Shown: positions 33,861 to 44,797 of the stretch, piece after piece
Position numbering within the stretch: position 1 is the first letter of the stretch
Layout: each line of letters begins with the position of its first letter
Source: Leptogorgia sarmentosa
Taxonomy: Eukaryota
DNA length: 64,000 nt
Reading direction: 5' to 3'
Assembly (NCBI GenBank): GCA_964658305.1
Contig: OZ210885.1
Span: forward strand, 11,532,001-11,596,000
Made by a program: the position numbers and the translations under genes
The notes under the pieces: model-generated
What the model was told of the DNA's origin: nothing
The model's database searches: none
The model's input: the letters and a program-made list of their open reading frames with translations, nothing else

Positions 33861-36800
33861 GTGGCTTGACTTCATGCGACAACTTCATGCGACAAAAAAA
33901 GGCGATCTGTAATCAATAATCTGTCAACCAATCAAAATGCTTGAATACCAATATTAACTACAAAAATTTTATTAATACTAGTTATACGGTGGTTTCAGAT
34001 GTCGAAGCTAATTCACCTGGATGAATGAATCGAGGTGAACTAAATTGGCCTTAACCCCATGCAACCAGAGCTTAAAATCCGCCATTGTTTTTGTCGATTA
34101 TTTGTTATCAAAAGATGCAATCGCTTTTCAGCAATTGTTTGTTACTTAGTTACGTCATATATAGGTGTTAAAAATTTGAGTTAAATTGCAAAATTTCTCA
34201 ACTGAATTCTCGTAATTATTCTCCTAATATCATTGTAGTCAATTTCCTGGACGCTGATTGGCTAAAAAGCTTCAACAACTTACACAGGTGTGTAATTAAT
34301 TTTCCAAATACCACGGTTTCGAGCCAGCGGTAATTTACGATGGATTTTGATTTGTTTGATATTAAAATGAAATTACATTTGTTCTCGAAGTATTTTCGAA
34401 CTCGCGGTATTTCGCCAAACACGCGCGTGCAATTTTTCATTAATACTTCTCGAACCGTGCAATTTCCTATACAAATTTTTCATCGCGTATTTTCTTAGCG
34501 AAATTTCAGAATTTTGTCTAAATGTTGTTTTTATAAAACGAAATTGGCGTAATTCAAGCATATTGCCACACAAAAATGGCCAATTTCAGGCCTGGTCGCA
34601 TGGCGTGAGAAACGCTAAATACATAATTATCAATTTATAACAGTGAGTCTCCAAGTAATGCTCCTGAACGTTTGGAACACGTCGACATTAGTACTAATAT
34701 TTTACTTAACTAAATTCTAAAATGTTGATTATGTTTTGTTGTTGTTTTGACTCGACTAATGTCTTGATTACTTTTCTTGACTACGTTAACGTATATTTTC
34801 AAAATTGAATTGATCAGCTATGCGCTCTGTTCAGCAATAAATGGCGGGAAATTAAAGGGAGACAACTTTACTTCAACCCGTGTCAACTAGCTTGCTTCTT
34901 TTCATCTTGATTTTTGGTCTCACTCTCCGCAGGTGTCACAGCTTGATCTTTGGTCACATTCTCCGGCATTTTTTCCATGTGGTTTCAGACACCTGAAAAG
35001 ATATATAAACACTTGGAATCCTTGGATTACCTGAATTACTTGATTTGCGCAATGCAGTATGCAAAATATTTTTAGCGTAAATATAAGAATGCAAAAAGCT
35101 ACTTATTTGGAAAAAATGAAAGTTTGCCCGACTTTTCGAAGGGTTTACACTTAAGCAAATTACGTGTGCACTCCATTTCGCCTCTGTAGCAAAAGAGATG
35201 AATCATAAACCCATAGGTTTTGAAACAAACCAGAAACGTTTAGCAAAGTTGGGACCCATTTCAAAACTATTCACCTTTTTGTACCCTGCATATAAACTGG
35301 CTAGTTTTCTTAAATACTGTGTTCGCCAAGGCTCTAAATAATCAAAACGCATTGGGCGGCTAAATTTAACGGTTCAGGATTTTTGGTGGACAACTTTTTT
35401 GGATTGGTGATAAGAGCAGTAATTTTATCGGAGTACGTCAATTTTTTACGGAAAGAAACCGTTTACCAATGCCGCTTCGAAATAAGGAAACAGGGATAAA
35501 TTTACCTCGTCTCTCAAGCCAAATATAATTGATCTCACACCCAGGACTCTTGTCAAATCTTGTGGATACGCCCGACAACCCCCCACCCCCTCCGCCCCAC
35601 CCAACCATTGAAGAAAACCATTAAATGACCCATTAATTTCATACTCACCAAAGTTTAAGTCCCTTTATGTCCAATTCCTGTTCCAGAGCTTTCAAAGCTA
35701 CACAAAGAGGTGAAGCTAAGCAGTAATCGGTGTTTTTCAATGGATGTGTGAACATACCAAACACCAGGCCCCAAGCTAGACCTTTATTCCCAAACACTAT
35801 GGCACCCGAATCCCCTTTTTAACGAACGGTTCTTTATTTTTTCGAATGACAAAGCAATTAAGGGCCCAGTAGGACAAAATGCAACCTTTGACATCATCTT
35901 CGACGTCATTTTCATTTTGAGGTTTCAACGGTTTGCGACAGTTTGTGCATAAAATTTCACTGAGGTCTTCTTTGGAAATTTCAGTTGATGCCCTTTCGTC
36001 AAGATACCACTTTTTACAGTTCTCGCAGTACAGCTGTTGAACGTGGATAAATGGAGAACCGCGGTACTTGGAACCGGGGGGTGGTTGAGGAGACGGAAAG
36101 TGCAGAAACAATTCTTGCACTGTGTCCTCAACGAAACCTTTATCGGTAAAGCCGGACGTCCGACCAAACTTCGCATATATCGCTTCTTCTTTACGAAATG
36201 TTTCCAGATTCACAATTTCGCCAGTGGGGCTAAAACCATCTTTACGTTCAAATCCATATACAGGACAACGATTCTCTGGGGTTTTCCTGGCCTTCAACTT
36301 CTCCATATACCGGACCTCCTTCTCACCTAGCTCAGCAATGGCTGCGTCGACGAAAAAGCTACGATTTTGGTCGGCCAATAGCACATTTTTTTGCAAACCA
36401 CAGACACGTTTTCCAACTTCCCTTGGTTCGCCTTTCTTAATTTTCTCATATCTTGCTTCTGCCTTCTCCAGTTCAAAATTGTTTTCCTGCATTAGATCAA
36501 CCAGTATTGGTCAGTCATTCCTTTTTGTCTGCTCGCCAATAATTCTTTTTTAAATTCTTCTTCCTCCTCCTTGTACTCATCTAATACTTTTTTAGCTTCC
36601 TCTCTCATAACATCATAATCCGATTCTGCTGGCTGCTCGATAATATTTTCAGTGCCAATGCCAATCTCCATATCGACAACGTTGTTATGACGACTTGAAC
36701 GATTGTAACTGATATCATCTACGTCTTCTAACAATGGTTCTGAAGTGCCTGCAAAATGTACCGCCTTGTTGGTGCCGTCAGTTCTTGTGAGAGGATTAAG

Positions 36801-37884
36801 CACATGCTCATTTGATAAAATATAGCGCTTTCCGTCTTTGTCTTCCAAAAATCCACCCAAAGTACCAGGGCGATCACATCCGCGCACGCCAATCCCAACA
36901 CCGCCACGCAACGGTAAAGCGTAAGACGCGTCAACGGGTTTATCGGAAGTTGCCAGTTTAAAATACCCTTCAACAACGTCAAACTCGGCATTGCCAAAAA
37001 GTCCTCCATAGTTGCCTCTGAATTCATTAAAGTCGGTTTCTCCTGCGGGAATTTTTCCTTTGCCAAGCACAAACACTGTCACGCACGGAATCTCTTTCTC
37101 TATCAAGCCAGTTACTTTATATGAAGCACAAACTGCAGTAACATTGATTCGTTTTTCAAAGACGTGTAGGTTTTTTTCAATTTCCCTGGACATACCTGAA
37201 AGTTCTTCCTTCTTCTGTTTTTTGGACGGCGGAAGTTCAGTAACGATGTCACGATAAGGTCGTTGAAGATCTGTATACTCAATGTTATAACTCGGAAACA
37301 CTTTTCATGGATACAATGTCATGGATACAAAACCTTCAGCAATACACTGTTCCCTTATCTCTGGCATCACACAGGTGTCAATTGTTCTATAATGGGAAAG
37401 GAATAGATTATGAAGAATTTTCTAGCGACAAAACAAACACGAATTGACCATCTAACCAAGTAAGGAAATTGTTCCCGCCCAAATTCGATGTGTAAGCATC
37501 AGATCCATAGGTTGGTAAACATCTTAGATGAAACATATCAACGACCTGTTGGTTAATGTAATCGTGAATAACCAATGCCACACCGCCACTCAATGTAATT
37601 ACACACATTCTACCTTTCCACCCAAAGGAATTTGAACAAACTTTATTTCCATTCTTAAAGGGTGGAGAAATAAATTGGGTGCATTTCCGATTTTTAGTGT
37701 AGCGAGGATTTTGAGTCCTTGCTTCAGACAACGTAGTAGAATACCAAACATTCAAAAGACGATAATCATCGAAAACAAAGATATACAACCCAGAGCTACT
37801 GAAGCAAATATTACCTGACTCTTCGAGACTAAGACTATGCTTAGTTTCCGCTAATATCTCTTTCTTTCTTACATCCCACAATTT

Positions 37885-37990
37885 AACACCAGGCCCCAAG
37901 CTAGACCTTTATTCCCAAACACTATGGCACCCGAATCCCCTTTTTAACGAACGGTTCTTTATTTTTTCGAATGACAAAGCAATTAAGGGC
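37885..37990. repeat. 106-bp templated insertion copied from 35760-35865
   Basis: Identical direct repeat, flanked by the duplicated target CACAATTTAA (37877-37886, 37992-38001). Confidence 0.9.
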
Positions 37991-38129
37991 ACACAATTTA
38001 ATCGAATCTTCTTCTAATGAAACAAGTTTCGTTCCGCAAGAAGAAAACGCACAGGAAAGAATTTCAAAAGAATTTTTTTTGACAACAAAATATGATTTAA
38101 TTTATAAAAAAATGAATTTACAATCATAG

Positions 38130-39028
38130 CAGGGCCTTTTTTAACTATATACATGGGGGGGGGGGGGGGGGGGGGGCAAAGACCCCCCACCCCCTCCTTT
38201 GGCCCTCCCACTGATGGGTTTTGGCCCCCCCACTAAAATGTCATGTTGTTACTTTAGCATATAGCATAAAATAAAAATGCATGCACTATTCAATGTTGAG
38301 AGGTAGCAAGCCACCTTCTACTGAGTTCATTTCAACGTTCTGCGTCGTCTCGCCTCACAGCATGACCGTAGAAAGGTCTGTGTCGACATATAACATGCTC
38401 TTCTCTGATCTAAGAACATCAACCTCCGATACAACATTAGTTGATCGACTAATAATTCACTGGAATGGTGTTGCCACTGCACATTATGATCCACGGCTGG
38501 TTATTCAGAATTAATTTCATGCTTAGGAAGGACCAGTTACCAGCACATATATTGAAAGAGACTTTATTAAGAAGTTTTTTGAATAGCCTATGAAGTTTAA
38601 TTTTAACCAAATAAGATGAAATGTTCAATCCATTCATATTGTCATTCTAAGACGTTAAGAACAATTAAATTGATGAGATTACACATCATATACAATCTCT
38701 TAGCCTTAGGCTTAGCCTTCATCCTAATTTACTATCATTGTATAGGTGGAAAGAGTTCATATTTTGTAAAGATTAAGATTTAAGCATGTTTTCATTGTTT
38801 TGCTAAATATTGTCAGCTCCTCGCTGTTAACAATATATTACACAAAAAACAATGCGTCGATGTGGGAAAAATTTAACTAGTGATAACTGATTGTATCATT
38901 TTAAAAATATTTTTCATTCAATAACAAACACAGAAACTGTCCCACTATTACTGGTCCCTTCGATCGTAACCAAAAGGTCCCTTCTGTACAACGGCCCCCC
39001 CACGAGCAATTTCTTAAAAAAGGCCCTG
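38130..39028. mobile_element. Non-autonomous hAT element
   Basis: TIRs CAGGGCCTTTTTTAA / TTAAAAAAGGCCCTG. 8-bp TSD AATCATAG (38122-38129, 39029-39036). hATC remnant VVSPHSMTVERSVSTYNMLFSDLRTS. Confidence 0.92.
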
Positions 39029-39279
39029 AATCATAGTCTCAGTAAAGTTCATTGATGTTCCTTCATTAGAGAAAATAGCTTATCTTTGTAGTATTGTTTA
39101 TTCATACAAATCTTATAATATGTGGCTCAAATCCATGTGTCCAGCAGTTAGTTGTGCAGTATTTATTCCATCCTGAGGCTTTTGAATCATGTTGTTCATA
39201 ATGAACCTAAAAATACAATGTAGAAACAATCTTAATTATAGTCATCGATACTTTTCTCATGTGTTCAGAGGTGTGCATG

Positions 39280-39420
39280 TATCTACTTTAGATCCTCTAA
39301 ACCTAACTTACTTAACGAACCAAGATTCAATGTAAATAGTTACGGTGGTAGAGCTTTTTACGCTAGTAGTCCTAGGTAATGGAATAAATTACCTGGCTCT
39401 ATCAGAGAATGTACGAATGG
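39280..39420 (+). mobile_element. L2/CR1 LINE ORF2 C-terminal remnant
   Basis: LLNEPRFNVNSYGGRAFYASSPR*WNKLPGSIR. Confidence 0.65.
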
Positions 39421-42400
39421 GTTAGTTTGAAGGGACACATGGTGTATTTTCCGCTATATCGCCTTAGCTGACACGACTTTGATTAAGAGCGCTTTTGTTA
39501 CATTCTGGAGAAATTTGAGGAATTTCTGTCCAATAGTGGCCGAGAAAATGAGTTGAGAGTGACACATCCTGTCATATTTAACCCAGCGTTTTAGTTCGTG
39601 TATTTCTGCACACCTGTTTTTTTTGAAACTTCAAAGAAGAAAACTCTTAATGATCTAGTTTGGGACTATCGTGGCTTTTTGAGGAGGTCATTGCCTAGGA
39701 AGAAACGGGTTTGCAACGTGTCTAACGACGCGTCTTGCCGTAACATCTTTTCGTCCTTCGCGTCCGAATCTATCTCGTAGAGAAGGCGACAGACTCTTCG
39801 GACGGGCTCCTTGCTATCGCTCTTCTTCATCCTCGGGAACACGTGATCAGCCTGTGTCATTTGTCCAGGGTGGCAATAAGGGAGGTGACATCCCACCAAA
39901 ACAATTCACATGCAACAATTTAACAAATGTAAGTCCGTTAGGACAACACACGATAGGTAGCAAATTGGCATAGCTAAGTTTGCTGTATGAAAGCTTTTCA
40001 AACTAGATCAGTATAATTGTTGCCGAGGATTGATATTCACATTTTTAAAATAGATCCTTCCTTCGTGCGTCTGTTCTATCTGATCCACCCTTCCACAAAT
40101 GCTGTTAAAGTTCGGCTACCTAAGCGACTATAAATATTCCAACATTTAACTAAATAGTGGCGTGTAAATGAATATATAAATGTAATAGATATAAATGTAA
40201 TTATTAATACGTTTTATGAATTAAGTAATTCGCACTTGAAAACTGCGACTTTCTTTGTATGGGTTTTGACAATGTTGTTTAGTACTTCCATCTCTTGAGC
40301 AACCTTCTCTGGGTTTTCATGTACCAAATCATTGGCTTACTTTTGCTCCACTGTACGAGTGGCATACTGTTTTTTTTTTTCTGGCTGCTCTTTCCGGCTT
40401 CTTATGGTCAATGTTTCTTACCATAGTCTCCTATTACAGGAGCATTATTCTCACGCCTGTATAAAGTCGCTGTATTTATGCAAGAAGCTATTGCTATTCA
40501 CAGCACCCAACAACTTATTAATAGTCCGCTTCGGTACGTCATTCGGTCATAGATTTGCTTTTTCAGATCAGCTTCAATATCCTTAAGATATTGCTTATCG
40601 TCCTTCTCTAAGGCAGCCTTTACAGTTTCGTAAATGGCGTGAATGCTGGCAGACATTGCTGAACAAAAATTTTCCAATTAGGCTTCGAACTTCAAATACT
40701 TTAACCTTTACGGCTTGCGCGGCCGAGTAACGATCAGAAAGGACTCACCGAACTTTTCCGTGCGGTGCGTGCATACTATTAGCCTGAACTGCTTGATCGA
40801 TCAAAAGGAAGAGATTCCAAGAGGAATCATCATCAGGTGGCAGGAAGATTTTTGTGCCAAGAGATTTCGGAATTTCTTTTTATGATGACATGTCGAAACT
40901 ATTTCTGAATTTTTGTTTAGTAAGTGTTATTTGTTTGTTATCTTTCAAAATACAACGCTTTTCTTAACAGTAGGTATACACTGTAGGTGAATATACCTAT
41001 CAAGGGAATGAATTTTGCTCTGGTTTTACCTACGTATAATTTGTCGCGGAAATAATGCAAGTATAAAAATAGGTACGCTGTGGCGTACATGCGTCTACTG
41101 GTAGAGAAGAAACTTAGTTATTAAATTAATTAAGATAGAGTAGTACAACCCTGCGAAAGTAGTAAGCCGGTTTACAGCCATAACACCGCTTTGGGCCTTT
41201 AGCTCAGAGACGATAAAGCAATGCGGCAAACACATAATACAGCAATTTTATTAAAAATAATTTTTAATAATATTTCCTTAAGTCAAGTCTTGCATTATAT
41301 TTGGTATGACATTTAGATAGCATTAAAACTGGTAAACAATTTTAACACTATATTTACACTGTATTTTAATGTATTGATACAAAATAGTATCTACATTATT
41401 TGTCGTGCAGGCTGACTGCTGAGTATAGGACATGCATAATCTAAAATGAAAGAGTTATAAATCGGTTATAATTGCGTTCAATGACGATGAAGGAGAATAC
41501 TAATCCAGTCGTTGCACATTTGTTTGTTTTTCTGGATAAATAAACGCCGGATCTACATTCTACACTAGATGCATGCATCACAGCACGTGTGAAGTACAGC
41601 AAATACTGACAGATTATTGAAGCAAGCGCATATCTATATAGGCCTAAAACAACTGTATTTTGATAATGGGTATGTCTATGGGCATTGTGAAACTGGTCTA
41701 TTTTATGCTTGTAGATCCGAATCGCTTTCGAGGACGCAATAGAACAAGCATGCAATTTGACTGATCCAACGCACTTCCCAAAAATCTTTGACTATTTCTA
41801 GTTTAGCAGTATTTTTCAATTTTCTCGCGAGATTAAACTTTTTTTCACAATTAAATTAGTTCATTCAACCAAGAATGATCTGCATTTCATAGCTTACTTG
41901 TGTTTGAATGTTTATATTGTATTATTGTGTTCTGCATGTTGCCATTAATTTTGCCACGCGTCATCACGTGACGAACCATATATGGATCAAAACTCCAAAT
42001 ATAGTATCGCAGAGTCGCATACCTTGTCCGGTTCAAACATTTGGTCAAAATCACGGATGCCGATGACATAGCGGCTACTGGTTCCCAGTAGACGCAAAAA
42101 CACAAAAATAAGATTAATATTATCAGTGGTTAAAAACATGTAGCAATTTGTGGGCACAACCATGCATGTTGTTTGTACTGTCCCGTGGGTAAGTAAAAAG
42201 TTGTTTGTACGGATACAGGCGTATGAAACTGACGATTTGAAAAAGATGACGTCACAACTCGAACCCAGTGCATTCGGAAGCAACGTGAGTTATCGACCGA
42301 ACATAATAAGAACATGGCGAACAAGCAAGCTATAGTTTCGATACTAATGGGTCTTATTTCGAGCATTGTGGCTTATTTTCAGCTTCATATTGCTATTGTA

Positions 42401-42629
42401 ATTATCAAGCAGCTTATTTGGAGCTTCCCAGTCACGATTCCCAGACTACATTTTCTGCTGTTCTCTTAACCATGTATTCGACGACGACATTTGACAGAAG
42501 TTCGACTTCGTCGTCTGTCCAAACAAAGTTGTCGTTCTTGGCTTTTCCTCTTCCTTTGGTGGCTTTTTCTTTTGGATTTGACATCCAGGGGGGGCTAAAT
42601 TTAAAAAAAGTTTATCGTAGTATTTGTCT

Positions 42630-43100
42630 ATAAGTGGAAACATAAACGGCATAGCGTGTAGTCACTGTAGTGATGTCTCCTACCTTTGAAACATTGTTCA
42701 AAATCTACAAAAATACGGATATCAGGATATGCAATTGTGACTAGGAATGATAATATATATAGTGTGAAAACAAACTTATTTTTATTTTCACGCCAGCAGT
42801 TGTCTAGTTGCATGTTCAACATGGGTGGCAAACCAAAACGAATCATGCCGATTACAATAAGAAGTATATTCATTGTCAAATTGCTGTCGTGCTTCCATTG
42901 AAAAAGATCGTGAAGTATTATACCGACAAGATGTGTTCGCAGCTTTTGCAGATTGGCAGTGGACTTGCAAATTTGACGTTCATTTGGGACATCTGTTTTT
43001 GATTGATCCATGGCATCCATAATGACTGTCAAGTACTTTGATGGATTCCGCCGGGCTTTGTACCGATGAAGATGATATTTCTTTCTTTCATTCCTAAAAA
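42630..43100 (-). mobile_element. DDE transposase remnant (Sola-related / DUF7869-like)
   Basis: YLTVIMDAMDQSKTDVP...HDSNLTMNILL...LPPMLNMQLDNCWRENKNKFVF. A local duplication of about 120 bp lies at 43040-43310. Confidence 0.65.
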
Positions 43101-43641
43101 GAAACAATTTATTGACCACTGGATAAGAAATTTATTATGTATACCGTACGCTTATTTAATAAATTTTTACTTGGCATTAAGTATGGATTCCGCCGGATCT
43201 TTGTAGCGATGAAGATGATATTTCTTTCTTTCATTCCTAAAAAAAAATAATTTATTGACTACTGGATAAGAAATTTATTAGGTATACAGTACGCTTATTT
43301 GATAAATTTATACTTCAGGTTCAGCTCAAAAATTTTCATGACTCAAAAACCTAACGAAATTAACAAATACTGTTCAGAATTGAGTCCTAGTTTCCAATTG
43401 ATGTCCTCCACATCATCGTGATTTTGAAATCCGTCGTGTCGAAAACGTCCCTTGCTTGAGGCATTAAGCACCGCACTATAGTGGCGAATGTGCTGTGCTT
43501 AACCGGGAGCGTCGCTTAACCAGGAGCTCGCTGAAACGAGCATTTATGGTGATACAAAATAAAATCGACTTGCATTGCACATTCTAATGATCCTATAGTA
43601 CTGTGTAGCAGTCACATGTCACATAAGTGGGGATAATTAAA

Positions 43642-44040
43642 ATAGGTAGGTAGGTAGGTAAAACTTTATTTGACTACGCTTACCCCTACAGCAAGAGCTG
43701 GTTTCCAAGGGGGGCGTAGATTTAGATAGTTAAAAAAATACAATTAATTGATACAAATTATGGTCATGCATTACAATACTGTTGACAAACATTACAATAC
43801 ATTTACAAATACGGCTAATATATAATTGTTTACATGTTGAATTAATGTTATATAATTCTAGAGGCTGAATAATTCTAATAAGCTAATTAATTAATTGGCC
43901 AGGTGACGTATATATGAATTAAATGAAGCAAGAGAAAATTTGTTTCTTGCTTCATCTGGAAGGCTATTCCACAATTTTGCTCCTCTGTAGCTAAGACTTT
44001 TTTTAAGATATTCAGTCTTAGGTTAGGGCAAAAAGAGTTT
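43642..44040 (-). mobile_element. L2-clade LINE 3' end
   Basis: The minus strand reads KKSLSYRGAKLWNSLP-like ORF2 end, then a 3' UTR, AATAAA and a (CCTA)n microsatellite tail at 43642-43660. Confidence 0.75.
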
Positions 44041-44237
44041 GGTGGAAGAGCCTCGCATATTGTAGTAATAAGAGGTAAATACCCAGAGAGAAATACCCAG
44101 TTGGTAGGTACATATAGGTTGATGTTCATTCAACTGCAATTACTTACATGTGCTTGTTCAAAACTTCCTGGATTTCTTTTCGTTTCTCTTTGTTGGCAGT
44201 TGATTCGAGTTCTTTCTTGTATAGTGTACAGCTATCA

Positions 44238-44507
44238 TGAAATACAGGACAATGGACACTCCAAATAGGCTTTTCATTTTGAAAAAAACTTTATTCAACG
44301 TTTGACTAACTTGCAGTCATCATCAGGAATGAAAGTGCGGTTCGATATCAAAAGCTATATACAAGTGTGAAAGCACTTTCATTCCTGATGATGACTGCAA
44401 GTTAGTCGAAACGTTGAATAAAGTTTTTTTCAAAATGAAAACCCTATTTGGAGTGTCCATTGTCCTGTATTTCATGAAAATACTCGGTGGTAGTCACAAC
44501 TTCTGGT
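44238..44507 (+). mobile_element. Penelope-like palindromic mini-element (inverted pLTR + pLTR + tail)
   Basis: About 104-bp inverted arms (44235-44338 / 44373-44477), a 30-nt tail and a 13-bp TSD TGTACAGCTATCA (44225-44237, 44508-44520). Confidence 0.85.
44375..44424 (+). ncRNA. Minimal type I hammerhead ribozyme
   Basis: Stem I ACTTT(C)ATTC / GAATAAAGT. Core CTGATGA (44385-44391) plus an extra U. Stem II GACT...AGTC. GAAA at 44408-44411. Palindromic ACGT replaces stem III. Predicted cleavage after GUU at 44415. Confidence 0.72.
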
Positions 44508-44797
44508 TGTACAGCTATCACATTTTGTAAATCTGTTTTCCTTTATATAAAAAATAAGACTTTCATTTCATTGCAAGTGATTATGATTTAGCCTACAGGA
44601 TCAAATTTGTACTGGAATCAATCGGGAAGGGGAATGAAGAGAGATAGTTGGCAAGAGAGAGCTATCTAGAGAGCTCCCAGCGTGGCGGCATCTTGTAAGC
44701 TTTTCCTCACACATACTTATCTGTTAAGAATTAGACGCAAACCGAAGTATTTTGCTCACGCGAATGGCCATGAGTCACTCTCAGCTCATTGGCTCTT

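Larger units (their letters stand above)
35645..39206 (-). pseudogene. Decayed WD40/beta-propeller + Nal1-like trypsin-family serine protease gene (large terminal exon)
   Basis: Acceptor tttttag at 39207. WD40-like ILSCAFSSCGTKLVS...IKLWDV. Protease motifs GTLGGFLED...YILSNEHVL (His), FFVDAAIAEL (Asp), KFGRTSGFT and KG[D]SGAIVFGNKGLAWGLVFG (Ser). Ends KGLKLW* at 35645. Disrupted by frameshifts (about 36492 and 35812), stops near 37400, a hAT insertion and a 106-bp insertion. Confidence 0.8.

Noticed and set aside
36037..36553. Plus-strand ORFs of 97 and 143 aa
   Set aside because: Antisense shadows of the protease reading frame.
40810..40840. Third hammerhead (minus strand CTGATGA-T-GATTCC-TCTT-GGAATC)
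   Set aside because: Stem II is followed by TCTT instead of the essential GAAA, and there is no stem I or III. At most a remnant.
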